This document shows, piece after piece, positions 24,761-38,450 of a stretch of DNA of 64,000 nucleotides; positions within the stretch are counted from its first letter, which is position 1, and each line of letters begins with the position of its first letter. This DNA comes from Callorhinchus milii. Lineage: Eukaryota. The stretch is taken from contig NW_024704742.1 in assembly GCF_018977255.1 (NCBI RefSeq), positions 117,616,001 through 117,680,000 of the forward strand, written 5' to 3'. The notes beneath the pieces are model-generated. The model was not told the DNA's origin. It was given only the letters and a program-made list of their open reading frames with translations, and made no database searches. A program made the translations under genes and the position numbers.

Positions 24761-25479
24761 GTTAGGCTGTGTACAAGTTCCTTTTTATTAAGAAAATTAA
24801 CTTCAGTTACTTCTTTTTTTCCAGGAATTTAAAAGAACATGTTGTAGTGTTGAAGAATCCAATGACCACTGTATCATCTTGAAGGTCTACACTAGTTTCA
24901 TCTAACATCTAACCATCCAGACGATATTACGAGCAGATGTTGAACAATGATACTGACCTCGAACTTGCAGTGACATAGCAGCTCATGGAAAACATTTTTG
25001 TGTGGGGCAATAAATCATGAAAACTGACGAGGACTTAAACTTTGGATCCTATGCTCCAGTAAGCATTGTGCCTAACGCAACTTGGAAGTGAGATTATTAA
25101 TGACAAGGCCATATGCTTTCAAAAATAACTCAGAGGCATCTGGCTCTGGCAATTTGTTGCTCTCTAAGCTACGTGTCTGGTTCATTTTAAATGGCTGTGG
25201 TTTAGGAATACAAGAATACGAAGGCCATTCTCCCTATTCACCCCGCACTGTCATTTTGCCAGATCATGACAGCTCTTTATACTTTTAATCCCCTCAACTC
25301 TTCACGGAAAAATTGATGGTTAATTTTGCCAATGACACAATCATGAATTGGATTCAACACATCTATATAGAAAGTGCTGTATATTTGCTCTTGCCCCCAT
25401 AGTTCCTCATTGGTGTGATCAAGAGAGAATTCTACAATCTTGTCAATGGTCATCAATGTTACATTCTAGGGTTTTAATT

Positions 25480-25885
25480 TTCATAGAATCATACAGCACA
25501 AAAAGAGGCCATTCGGCCCATCGAGTCTGGGCCGGCTCTTCGAAAAGAGCAATGTAATGTCGATCCCACTCCCCAGCCCTTTCCCCATAACCCTACAAAC
25601 CCGTCCTCCTCAAATACCCATCCACCGTGTTTTTAAAAGTTGTTATCGAATCGGCCTCGACCACCCTTTCAGGCAATGCGTTCCAGATTCGAACAACTCA
25701 CTGCGTGAAAAAAATTCTTCTCACCTCCCCTCTGCTTCTTTTAGAGACTATTTTAAATCTGTGACCTTGAGTCACCGACACACCCACCAGTGGAAACAAG
25801 TTTTTCCCTTTCTAACCTATCAAATTCCTTCATGATTTTGAAGACCTCTATTAGGTCTCCTCTTAACCTTCTCTGCTCCAATGAG
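25480..25885 (-). mobile_element. CR1 LINE 3' end
   Basis: Minus strand encodes LRGDLIEVFKIM..FFSRSELFESG-type CR1 C-terminus with a gattctatg tail; near-identical to 36850-37270. Confidence 0.88.
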
Positions 25886-26589
25886 ATTAGATACCCTAAT
25901 CAATGAGAGTTACTATTTCAGTCCAGAGTTAGTCATTTTATTTCCATCATTGCATGGCCAGCAATATATGCTGTTGTTCAGGTTCTCGCTCTCAGCACTA
26001 ATGATGGAGAAGTCTAGAGAAAATGTCCATAACTATTTCTATGCTCATGATTTAAGTTAAACAACCTTCTTATTTAGCCATTGTGGTGTAGATTTTCTTA
26101 CATTAATAATAATAATCCTTGCATTTGATATAGCGCCTTATCACATCTTCGAGACATCTCAAAGTGCTTCACAGAATATACTGTAAAGTGAATTGACTGT
26201 ATATTTTGTTTGTTTCTGTAATACCTATATAGTTTCTTTCCATATCTTTAAAATGTTGCTGATCAATTTGGCTTCTGTTGTTTTATTATCCAGACTGTTT
26301 TCCAGATACAAAAATCTTCCAAATAAAATGGTCATTCTTCTCATAGCAGCTGTGAGACCTTATTAGGTACAGAATCATTGACACATTTGCCAATAAAAAC
26401 AGTCACTACCCTTGGCAGTAATTTCTTTAAAGTGCTTTGTGATATTTCAACATAATAAGGGATATAAAAATCATTTTTTTCTTCCCACTTAATCCTTCTT
26501 ATAACTCTCTCAGAGCTCTAAATCTAAATTCTGCACCTCTGTATTATTATTTTTGGCCTCAGCATTTAATATTGTACCACAGCAAACAC

Positions 26590-27662
26590 AAGCACAAATG
26601 GCTTCTCCTCCCGCTCTCACCCAGTTACCTGTGGGGTACCCCAAGGATCCATTCTTGGCTCCCTACTCTTTCTGATCTACATGCTCCCTCTTGGGGATGT
26701 CATCCACAGACATGGGGTACATTTCCACACATTTGTGGATGACACCCGACTTTATTTGTCCACCTCTCTTTGCGACCCCCAATCCCCTGATGTTCTGTCA
26801 GCCTGCCTGTCAGACCTCAGGGGCTGGATGAGCGCAAACTTCCTTCAGCTGAACATTGACAAGACAGAAGCCATACTCTTTAGCTCTCATCAACGTCTAA
26901 ACTCTCATGGTTCTCACCTCCTCCACCTACCCGACCTTCCCATAAAACTCTCCGAACCGTACACAAACTAGGCGTCAGGTTCGACCCCCAATTATCCTTG
27001 TTCCCTCACATCCGGTCCCTCACCAGCACCGCTTTCTTCCACCTCCAACGCATCGCCTGTCTCCGCCAATACCTCTCTCCAAAAGCCGCTGAACCCCTGG
27101 TCCATACCTTTGTCACTTCTCGGCTGGACTATTCTAACGCCCTCCTCACCGGCCTCCCTTCCACTACCATCCACAAATCCAGGTCATCCAAAACTTTGGC
27201 GCCTGCATTCTCACCCGCACCAAACTCCACTCCCCGATCACCCCAGTGCACTGGCTGCCTGTCCCAGAGAGGATCAACTTCAAGGTCCTCACCGTTGTCT
27301 TCAAATCTCTCCATTCCTCTGCACCCCCTACCTCTCTGAACCCCTCTCTCCTCACAACAGTACCCGTTGCCTTCGTTCCTCAGGGTCTGGCCTCCTCCTT
27401 GTCCTCCGAGTCCTCCGCTTCACCCTCGGCGGCCATGCCTTCACTATGCCCAGAGGCTCTGGAACTGCCTTCCTCACTCCCTTCGCCTCGCCCCCTCTCT
27501 TCCTATTTTCAGGTCTCTGCTGAAGATCTTTCTTTTTGACCGCGCCTTTGGTCACCTTCCTCCCCTCCCCCTGGCTCGGCCCCAAGATCCGTTACTGTAA
27601 AGCGCTCTGATACTCCGTCCAGCGTGGAGAGCACTATATAAATCCAAGTTGTTGTTGTTGTT
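26590..27662 (+). mobile_element. L2 LINE fragment
   Basis: GVPQGSILG.LLFLIYMLPLGDVIHRHGVHFH.FVDDT.LYLS..WMSANFLQLNIDKTE..FVTSRLDYSNALL; tail gttgttgttgtt. Confidence 0.93.
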
Positions 27663-28884
27663 ATACAATGATCACCAAGATCAAAATCAATTCTGCCTCA
27701 CGAGTTGTGTTAAGCAACAGTCACCCGTTACTGCTAGGAATTGGCACATGTTATTGAACATTCAGTATTGTTTCTATTTCCTATCTGTCCTGTCCCTTAA
27801 TTTCACTGCAATACTTGCTAGCAGGACTGTGAGGTATAGAGTTCTCCATGTGGTAACATCCTGTTGCACAGAACTGATTCTCCAAGGTTCCCTCTCCCCC
27901 AGTATTCCATTACTTTTTATTTGCAACCCAGTCAGAAAATGCCACCATTTTCCTTTGCAATGATATGATCCTGAGTGTCAATTCGAACAATAATTCAACC
28001 TCATGACCCTCTGAATTGGAAGAACAGCACTCTACCACAAACAGTTTTGATGTACAACGCTATAAATGAAAAATTAACTGCCCCTGAAAGCATATTACAA
28101 AAGCATTACATACTCAATTTTCAAGGTCGTTCCTCTTTCATCTGTGGACTCAGAAAAAGACTTTGATAGAATTGGCCTGCCTTATCTGAGAACAAAAATT
28201 CTAGACCTTTTCACATGAAATACAGAAAAAATAAATTATGAGTGCCACTTCTTTTATTCATCTGTCTCTTCATTGGCACTATACATCAGTTCCAATAAAT
28301 GAATTGCAGTTCAGTATCCCAGTGTTAAATGTACATCACAGAAGATTATATTTGAAGATCTGGGTTCTGATAAAACTTTGTTTGCAATATGTGAATTGAA
28401 ATTATAATAATAAATTGTTCTTATGGCTCTAAATCTAGTACTGTATTTGATGCGTGTATTTTGACAATAAAAAAAATCAGATTGTAACAAAAGTGTGACA
28501 AAAGTGTACAGAATGAGTTTAAATTTTTATAGAGCCTGATCACATCACATCAAACATTTCAAAGTGCTTCTCAAGTAATTTCAAGGGAATTTGGTTTTGC
28601 TAAAATCTGGATCAAATATGTCATTCATTCTTCCTGACTTCTCACTCCAACCCCCACCCCATTGCTTTTCAATCTGTATAGAATCCTACATGATGCCTAA
28701 ATCTATGCAGATCCTCACAATAACCCACAAGCATGGTACAACACCATTACAAACACACATACACACACACACCATTATAACTGCTTTGCTCATTAATTCA
28801 TAGTACTCTTGCTTAACAAAAATAAAACAGGGCTATCAAGCAGGACCAATTTTGCACTATTAAAGCATAATTATTTTTCATTTA

Positions 28885-30705
28885 TTGTCAAGAGTAAATG
28901 TGGGTCCGCTACAGGCAGAGACGGGCGGAATTATAGTAGGGGACAAAGACATGGCAGAGTCATTAAACAAGTACTTTGCTACTATCTTCACCTTAGAAGA
29001 CACTGAAAACCTACCAAGAATAGAGGGGAACTGAGAAGAAAATGTTAGCGAGCAACTTGGAGGAATTAATATTAGTAAAGAAATGGTTTTAGGTAAATTA
29101 TCAGGTCTTAAAACTGATAAATCTCCTGGACCTGATGGCCTACATCCTAGGGTTTTAAAAGAGGTGGCTACTGAGACAGTGGATGGCTTGTCTTTGATCT
29201 TCCAATATTCTCTGGATTCTGGAACGGTTCCCATTGATTAGAAGATTGCAAACGTAACACCACTAGTTAAGAAGGGTGGGAGAGAAAAGATGGGAAACTA
29301 TAGACCAGTTAGTCTGACTTCAGTGGTAGGGAAAATTCTTGAGTCCTTAATTAAGGATGTCATTATGGGATTCCTGGAAGACCATAACAAGATTAGGCAG
29401 AATCAACATGGCTTTACAAAGGGAAGTCATGCTTAACTCATCTTTTAGAGTTTTTTGAAGATGTATCTAGCAGGTTAGATAGGGGGGAACCAGTAGATGT
29501 AGTATATTTAGATTTTAAAAAGGCATTTGACAAAGTGCCACACAAAAGGCTATTGCACAAGGTTAAGGCCCATGGGATTAATGGGAACATATTAGCATGG
29601 ATTGAAGAGTGGCTAACGGGTAGAAAACAGAGAGTAGGGATAAACGGGTCATTCTCGAATTGGCAGGATGTGACTAGTGGAGTGCCACAAGGATCAGTGC
29701 TTGGGCCTCAGGTATTTACAATTTACATCAATGATCTAGACGAGGACATTGAATGTAATGTATCTAAATTCGTGGATGACACTAAACTAGATGGGAGAGT
29801 AAGCTCTGAGGATGATGCAAAAACATTGCAACGGGATATAGATAGGCTTGGGGAGTGGGCGAATAGGTGGCAGATGGAATTTAATGTGGGGAAGTGTGAA
29901 GTTATTCACCTAGGTAGAAAAAATAGAAAAACAGATTATTTTCTAGAGGGGGAGAGATTAGATAGTGTTAGTGTGCAGAGGGATTTGGGTGTCCTTGTAC
30001 ACCAGTCTCAAAAAGTTAGTTTGCAGGTGCAGCAAGCAACTAAGAAGGCGAACGGCATGTTAGCGTTCATTGCAAAAGGTTTAGAGTACAAGAGTAGGGA
30101 AGTCTTGCTGCAACTGTATAGGGCCTTGGTGAGACCTCACCTAGAGTATTGTGTGCAGTTTTGGTCTCCTTATTTAAAAAAGGACATACTTGCCCTAGAG
30201 GGAGTGCAGCGTAGATTCACTCGGTTAGTTCCTGGGATGAGGGGACTGACCTATGAGGATAGGCTGAATAAACTAGGGCTGTATTCTCTAGAGTACAGAA
30301 GAATTAGTGGAGATCTTATTGAAACATATAAGATTCTTAAAGGGCTGGATAAAGTAGACCTGAGGGTCTGTTTCTCCTGGTAGGAGAATCTATAACCAGG
30401 GGTCACAGTCTTAAAATTAAGGGTCAGCCTTTTAGAACAGAGTTGAGAAAACATTTCTTCACTCAGGGGGTCATGAATTTATGGAATTCACTACCCCAGA
30501 AGGCTGTAGATGCTCAGTCCTTGAACATCTTCAAGGCTGAGACTGATAGATTTTAAAAAAACAGAGGGATTAGGGGATATGGGGATAGGGCAGGTAATTA
30601 GAGTTAGGTCTGAAGATCAGCCATGATCTTATCGGATGGCGGAGCAGGCTCGAGGGGGCGAATGGCCTACTCCTGCTCCTAATTCTTATGTTCTTATGTT
30701 CTTAT
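28885..30705 (+). mobile_element. 5'-truncated CR1 LINE (RT domain to 3' end), disrupted
   Basis: KSPGPDGLHPRVLKE..NYRPVSLTSVVGK..DF.KAFDKVPH..GVPQGSVLGP..KFVDDTKL..LVRPHLEYCVQFWSP; ends (TTCTTATG)n. Stops and frameshifts are present. Confidence 0.96.
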
Positions 30706-31894
30706 TTACTAGCCACGTGAATATTTTCCTTTCCTCTCCAGGCTGCACTGTCTCCCTAATCGCGAGCAGATCGATTTAAAATCCTCAAATGTCCCCATGG
30801 TCCACCCTTTCGCTGTGATCTCCTTATTTTTTAGAACTACCTACCAAAATTATTGTTCCCTCCCTCTCTGCTTTCAATATCCATCTAATAACCTATCAAT
30901 TTGACTGCACCTTCAGCAGTCTGTTCAAGTAATCTACACCTACCCCCATTATCTCCCACCCTGCTCTGTTTCTGTACAGTTGGTATTTCTTGCTGCCAAT
31001 TTAACTATTTTTATGTTTGAAAGTTTTAGCACAAAATTAAAAGGTCTGCAAAAATAAACAAATAAAAATTACTTTAATTGGATTCACAAACTCAGCCAAA
31101 TTAACAAATTCAATTACTTGTGGTTGCATGAAAATGTAGGGCTACAAAACAAGAGTTGGGTCCATTCCATTAAAAAAAACAGCAGGTGCATAATTAAATG
31201 AGTTTATAATACTCACTTTGAGATGTTCTTCTGCGTAAAAGGCATCATTTAACTGAAAATTGTTATTCTTGTTATGCTTCTCATAAAGCTGCTCCAATAT
31301 TTTGCTGAATAATTCAGGATTAATGTACTTTCAGTTTGAAGTCAGTGTAAATTTAATACCGTATTTATAAACTCAGTATTCTTATTTAATATTATGGCAA
31401 AGACATATTTCAGGTCCCTACAATTTAGTTATTAATTTTAGGCACATTTTTTGTGTTATCATTACTCTGCACTTTCCTTTCACGTTTATTTAGGCAAACT
31501 GAATGATAAGAACTTATCTTTAATAAAATATGGTATTTAAATGGTATTTTATTGAAAAATGACCATGGGGACGTTGAAATCACAAAAATCACAAAAGGAA
31601 TTGTAATTACCAAATCTTGAACTTGTTGTGGCATATCCTCTGGAATTGCATTTAGATTCCCACTAGGAAGTGGGAATACTGGGTGAGAACACTCTTTGTG
31701 CTTGACTGTGATGCTCCTGCCTGTCGACCTGGCCACAATCCTCCAGATAAATTGTTCATTCATTCTATGGCTCCCTGTAAGTACACACTTATATAGCACC
31801 TTTCATTTAGAATAATCATCGTGAAGTAGTTTACCAAGTACAATTGATTGGAACTGAAGTGAATGTTGGTAAATAGGCAGTCACGACATTTGAC

Positions 31895-32245
31895 ATTTGC
31901 TAACCCCATATCAACCTGTCCGCTCCCTTCACTCAGCAGGCTCCGGCCTGCTCCACATCTCCCACCCAGCCCTCTCCACCATTGGTGGTCGGACTTTCAG
32001 CCTCTCTGAACCCACCCTTTGGAACTCCATCCCACATTCCCTTTGCCTCGTTCCCTCCTTTGCCTCTTTCAAGACACATCTCAAGACCCTCCGCTTCGAC
32101 CACGCCTTTGGCCACCCTCCTACCCTCCACCCTCCCTGATCCCAAACCCCTCTACTCGGGTCCAAATCCCTGACTGTCTAACGCCTTGGAATATCCTCCC
32201 AACGTGAAATGCGCTATACAAATGCAATTTTGTATTGTACTGTAT
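31895..32245 (+). mobile_element. L2 LINE 3' fragment
   Basis: LLTPYQPVRSL.SAGSGLL..TLWNSIPHSL..SFKTHLKT; tail gcgctatacaaatgcaa. Confidence 0.88.
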
Positions 32246-33825
32246 TGACAGCAATTCACAAGAGAAGTTTAAATGACGAGAACCTTTGGCCCATTTTATG
32301 TCATCCTTCCAAGAATACCCACCTTACGATCTTCCCATCAAGCTATCTTTTAAATGAGTTCAGTGTCCTGTCTCAACCATCCTTCCTGGTAACCTGTTCC
32401 AATCAGTAATTTCCCTCTGGGTAAAGAAATACTTTCTAGTGTCTCTCCTGAAATTCCCCATTGAAACCTGTGTCCTCTAGATCTGCTGTCTCAATTATCT
32501 GTGAGAGGTTGTGAAAGGTTTTAATGTTAAACTCACTTTATCAAATGCAACAATTATTTTGGCATATAAATGTAACGAATAGAGAAATACAATTCACATT
32601 GATATAGTCCTTTCACACTGGGAGGAAGTCTCAATGTGCTTAACAATACTGGATGGGCACTCGACTGGGGATGGGAGCTGAGGGAGTTGGGGAGAGGAAA
32701 GATAAGCACACTTAAAGTAGTGCCTTTTGAGATGCACCTTGAATGAATGGAGGGAGCGAGCAAGTCAGAGGGATTCCTGGATGGAGTTCCAGAGTTATAA
32801 AGCAAGGAGTACAAGGTGTTAAATATTTTTGTATGACAGGCAGTAGAATGGTAGGGATGCCAAACCTTGGAGGAAATGAGGCTTGGATTGAAATGGTTTA
32901 GATGTGGTGATGGATGTATATTCTGAAATTTGATAGCATTTGAGGAACAGGGAGTATCAGACACTGACAACAACAACAACAACAACAAGATTCCATTTAT
33001 AGAGCGCCTTTCACGTCGGGAGGACGTCCCAAGGTGCTGTACAGACAGTATCAACCTGCATGGATATGCTGTGCAAAGGAAGTGATGTTGGCAACATTAC
33101 TTGTGCATAGCCATATGGAGGAAACACGCAGGAAATGATGTCAACCATTTTTTCACACTTTGTTATAACATGGTCTCTGAGATATTGAATCCAGACAAAC
33201 TCTTTATAATGCGGTTGCTTTGCTATTCCTTTGCTGGATTTACTGTAAGGGATTGTAGATTACTGGATGAAATGATGTTTTTTTTTGTACCAACATCAAC
33301 TCTCGCCAGAATCAAAGAGATGTGGCTGATCTGAAGGCATCTATACAAATATAATGAAAGTTCACCCTCAGGAGTTGTTAGTGCTTAAGATAACCCTCCA
33401 AGATTAGCTAGAAATACAAGATCTGTTGCAGGTGCATCTCAAGGGTTACACATTCTCTTCAGTTTCAAATATTCAATGTCTTGACTTAGTAATCACCTCT
33501 GATCTACATCAAGAAACAACACTCTGCATTAATCAGCACTCTACATTTATTCAAAAATTCTACTCAGAATACTAGCTAAAAAAAAATTATTTACCTTAAT
33601 TGTGAAACAAGGAAATCAGCCTGGAATATACTACAAGGTTCTGTACTTGAATGGTTCAGATCCTATCTCTCCCACCGACTCCACTTTGCCTCCACAAAAA
33701 GATTCTCCTCCAGCCCTCACACCGTCTCATGCGGTGTTCCTCAGGACTCTGCCCTCAGTCCTCTCCTCTTCAACCTGTACATGCTTGGTGACTTGGTGAC
33801 ATCATCCGCAGACACGGGGGTCAAC

Positions 33826-34917
33826 TGTAAGGAATTTTCACCGGTATAACCAAGCACTAAACGGAATCACACTAAGTATACGTTTTGAAATGTTTTATTC
33901 ACAAACTATCGAAATCCCAGTACACAGATGATTATAAACCTGCTTAACATATAAATTATGTAATTACGCCCGACACACATTAATCACTCGACGCATACAC
34001 AGTGAACTTACTTATACTCTATCCCGCTCAATAATCACATTCGCTATTAACCGATCTAACCACTATAACATATTTGAACCTATTACGTTGTCTATGTGAT
34101 ACATGAGCTTGTTACGGTGTTGGGTGTGTGTTTTAGGAAGAGAGAATACTACCAGTCTGTCAGCTGTCAGTGGAACAAAGTCTTCAACTTGCTTCTCGGC
34201 TCGAACAATCTTTCGCTCGCCTCTGGACTTGGAAAGCCTTTGCTCAGCTCCTGGCGTTTCCTCTTCAGTGAAAGTTAGACCCATGTCTTTCTCTCAGCTC
34301 GAAGGTGCGTGCTATCCCTCGCTCTGGCTGCCAGTCTTACACTCTTTTACACTCATCTGCACAGTGTCATACTCATCCTCCCGTGACTCCCTGGTTCTCC
34401 TTTCTCCGGCCTTATCTATATAACCCTTGCCCTAGCTTTCCTTCTAATCCGTGGATTTGTCACCATGTCCCAATTAGTCACATTCTTGACTATGCTGTTA
34501 TCCTTCACCAGACTCATTCTTTCTTCCCTATCTGTCCCAACCAGTCTGCCTGACTCCTGTCCTGGACAGCCTTAGATGATCAGTTGTCCCCCTCCTGGCG
34601 CACGTGTGCGGCCTAATTGGCTTTTTATACTCATAGTGCATTTTGTGCTATCCTGCACACTTAATGTAATTTTGTGCCAACCTGTACCGATTAGGTTAGG
34701 ACCCAGGTATTCCAACGCTGCTTTCACAGGCCCCGTTATCTCCCCTCCTTAGCCATCTTGTCCAGACCAGTGTGTACCTTAGCTTAACCTGAGTCTGTTT
34801 TCTATCCCAGTTTCTTTGATGTTTATACCACAAGGCATCTTATTCCTTTATTAGTATTACTATATGAAACTATCCTTCTGTGTATTTAAAACTAGGACCA
34901 TATTTTAACCCTTTACA
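33826..34917 (-). mobile_element. Solo LTR, 1092 bp, 4-bp TSD
   Basis: Termini TGTAAGG...CCTTTACA; CAAC duplicated at 33822-33825 and 34918-34921; on the minus strand a TATA-like motif (~34415-34422) precedes AATAAA (33894-33899). Confidence 0.88.
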
Positions 34918-35402
34918 CAACTTCCACATGTTTGCGGATGACTCCCAACTCTATCTCTCTGCTTCAACCCTCTACTCCAGGACCACCGATGTCCTGACAG
35001 ACTGCCTGTCAAACATCAAGCCCTGGATGGGAGCCAACTTTCGACAGTTGAACGTCAGCAAGACTGAGGCACTCCTAATTGGCTCGCATCAGCGCCTCTG
35101 CAACTTAGGCACTGGCAGCATCAGCATCCAAGGATACACACTCCACCTCACCAGGCCAGTCAGGAAACTAGGCGTCTTGTTCGACCCTCAACTGTCCTTT
35201 CTCCCCCATATCTGCGCCATGACCCGCTCTGCCTTCCCCCACCTCTGCAACATTGCCTGACTCCACCACTGCCTCACCCTTAGGCCGCTGAAACCCTCAT
35301 ACATGCCTTCATTACATCTAGGCTCGACTGTGCCAACTCCCTGCTTGTCTTCCTTCCCAATTCTTCCCTCCACAAGATGCAGATCATCCAGACTCGGTAG
35401 CT

Positions 35403-35714
35403 ATAATAATAATAATAATAATAATAATCCTTGCATTTGATATAGCGCTTTTCACGTCGGGAGGACGTCCCAAAGCGCTTCACAGAACACACTGTAAAGT
35501 GAATTGACTGTATATTTGTGGCGAACGCGGCAGCCAATTGCGCACAGCAATGTCCCACAAACAGTCATGGATTGAAAATGACCAATTTATTATTGTTTTT
35601 GGTTTTGGAGGGATTATTATTAGGCGTGTGGAGTAAGGAAACTTGCCCAAGGTTTCGCCCTGCCTGGAATTGAACTCAGGTCTCTCACTTGCAAAGCGAG
35701 TGCTCAACCACTGA
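35403..35714 (-). mobile_element. tRNA-derived SINE, short young form, inserted in L2
   Basis: Reverse complement of the 18368/41278 SINE; GTAGCT flanks both sides (35397-35402 and 35716-35721). Confidence 0.93.
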
Positions 35715-36239
35715 TGTAGCTCACGTCTTCTCTCACACCAGGCTCTATGACCCCATCACACCCATCCTCGCCCGGCTCCACTAGTTCCCCATCCTTCAGA
35801 GCATCGAGTTTAAAATCCTCATCCTCCCCTTCAAGGCCCTCCACAGCTTTGCCCTCTCTTACCTCTCTGACCTGTTAATCCCTTATTAACGTGTCTGCTA
35901 TCTCCGCTCAGCATGCTCCGGCCTGCTCCATGTATCCCGCCTGTCCCGCCCCACCATCAGTGTTCGGGCCTTTAGCCGCTCTGCCCCCACGCTCTGGAAC
36001 TCCATCCCACATTCCCTTCGTCTTGTTCCCTCCCTTGCCTCCTTCAAGGCACATCTCAAGACCCTCCTCTTCGACCATGCCTTCGGCCACCCTCCTGCTC
36101 TCCTGCCCTCCACCCTCTCTGATCCCAACCACCACCCCCCACCCCAACTCGCTGCTTGGGTCCTAATCCTTGACTGTTCAGCACTTGGAATGTCCCCGAA
36201 TGTGAAAGGCGTTTTACATATGTAACTTTGTGTTGTATT

Positions 36240-36530
36240 GTAAAGTGAACTAACTGTATATTTTGTGGGCAATACATGGTAGCCAATTACTCACAGCAGT
36301 GTCCCACAAACAGTTGTGGATTGAGTGACCAATTTTTTCAAATTATATATTTCTTTTTGAGGGATTATTACCCCCATAAAAGCGATCCGCCAGGCGACTA
36401 ATAACCGGATTTGTACTTACTGCTAGGTAAACAGAGCCAGGTGGAGTAAAGAAACTTGCCTATTGTTTCATGCCACCCGGGAATCAAACCCAGGTCCTCT
36501 CGCTTGCAAAGGAAATGTTCTAACCAATAG
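36240..36530 (-). mobile_element. tRNA-derived SINE, long form, older
   Basis: Contains the head, the ctctgtttacctagcagtaagt..ggcggatcgctttt segment and the Deu-like core. Confidence 0.8.
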
Positions 36531-36850
36531 GCTGTATTTTATTTCATTCCAATATCTTATATGCTCCATATAAAATTACCATTCTTGATGAAGATAACAG
36601 CCATGTCATTTGAATATCCTCTTACACAAAAACCTAAACTTTGGTGGAGATTGCAAAGGAAAAGGGATTCTGTAAACAGGTCTAATTTCAATGGTGGTGA
36701 GTTCCAATGAAGGATAATATTTTGAGCAAGGGGGTGGACCAGCTGGCTTTCCAAGCTCCATCCAGCTTCTTGCACTAAAAAAGCCAACTCTAAATCACTC
36801 AGTCACCAATGTCCCAATGGCATCGCACGCATGAGCAGTGTGCAGGAAAT

Positions 36851-38450
36851 TATAGAATCATAGAATCATAGAATCGTACAGCACAAAAGGAGGCCATTCG
36901 GCCCATCGAGTTTGTACCAGCTTTTTGATAGAGCAATTAATGTCAGTCCCACTCCCCAGCCCTTTCCCCATAACCCTACAAACCTGTCCTCCTCAAATAC
37001 CCGTCCACCGTGTTTTAAAAGTAGTTATCGAATCGGCCTCCACCACCCTTTCAGGCAATGTGTTCCAGATTCGAACAACTCGCTGCGTGAAAAAATTTCT
37101 TCTCACCTCCCCTCTGCTTCTTTTAGAGACTATTTTGAATCTGTGACCTCGAGACACCGACACACCCACCAGTGGAAACAGTTTCTCCCTTTCTAACCTA
37201 TCAAATCCCCTCATGATTTTGAAAATCTCTATTAGGTTTCCTCGTAACCTTCTCTGCTCCAATGAGAATAATCCCAGCCTCTCTAGCCTTTCCTCATAAT
37301 CAAGGTCCCTCATTCCTGGTCCCATTCTTGTAAATCTCCGCTGCACCCTTTCCAATGCCTTAACGTCCTTCCTATAGTGTGGTGCCCAGAACTGGGTGCA
37401 GTATTCTAACTGAGGCCTAACCAGTGTTTTATATAGGTTAATCATAACCTCCTGACTCTTGGACTCTTGGACTCTATGCCCCTATTTATAAAGCCTAGTA
37501 TCCCATATGCCCTTTTTACAGCTTTATCTACCTGTCCTGCCACCTTCAAGGATTCATTTATCTGCACCCCCAGGTCTCTCTGTTCTTTTACCCCCCTTAA
37601 GATTGTATTACCAGCCTGTATTGCCTCCCCTCATTCTTTCTACCAAAATGCATTATCTCGCATTTCTCCACATTGAAACTCATCTGCCATGTGTCTGCCC
37701 ATTTTACCATTCTGTCTATGTCTTCCTGCAGTTAGCTCCTATCCTTCTCACTGTTTACCACCCTACCTAACTTTGTGTCGTCCACAAACTTGGAAATGGT
37801 ACTCGCTATACCCAAGTCCAGATCATTTATGTATATTAAGAAGAGCAGGGGTACTAATACCGATCCCTGGGGGATGCCACTGTACACTTCCCTCCAGTCA
37901 GAAAAGCAGCCGTTCATCACAACTCTCTGCTTTCATTCTCCCAGCCAGTTTCTGGATCCATGCTGCCACTCTCCCTTTTATACCATGAGCTTCTAGCTTT
38001 CTTACAAGTCTTTCATGTGGCACTTTGTCAAATGCCTTTTCAAAGTCCGTATAAACTACATCAACTGTATTACACCCTCTCTGTTACCTCATCGAAAAAT
38101 TCTATTGGATTTGTTAGACAAGATTTGCCTTTACCAAATCCATATTGGCTGTCCCTAATTAACCCATATTTTTCTAAGTGAAGATTTATTCTGTCCCGGA
38201 TTATAGTCTCCAGGAGTTTCCCCACTACTGATGTTAGGCTGACTGGCCTGTTGTTCCCAGGTTTATCCTTCTGTCCCTTTTTGTACAAGGGAGTCACATT
38301 GGCCACTCTCCAGTCCTTTGGCACAACTCCTGTGTCCCTGTGTCCTGTGTACCCTTGCCTCCCATAGCAACCTTATTTGCACCCCATCCGGACCGGGCGA
38401 CTTATCTACCTTCAGCGCAGCCAACCTTTTCAGTACTTCCTCTTCCTCTT
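36851..38450 (-). mobile_element. CR1 LINE fragment (RT to 3' end, with internal deletions)
   Basis: PKDWRVANVTPLYKKG..RPVSLTSVVGKLLE..GIPQGSVL..KFVDDTKL..LVRPQLEYCTQFWAP; (GATTCTAT)n tail. Confidence 0.95.

Larger units (their letters stand above)
33700..36235 (+). mobile_element. L2 LINE fragment interrupted by a solo LTR (33826-34917) and a SINE (35403-35714)
   Basis: [22 protein letters not shown] resumes exactly across the LTR, and the L2 C-terminus resumes after the SINE. Confidence 0.9.

Noticed and set aside
29535..30383. 282-aa reverse transcriptase ORF as an active or domesticated gene
   Set aside because: It is part of a 5'-truncated CR1 with stops and frameshifts on both sides and no endonuclease or ORF1.
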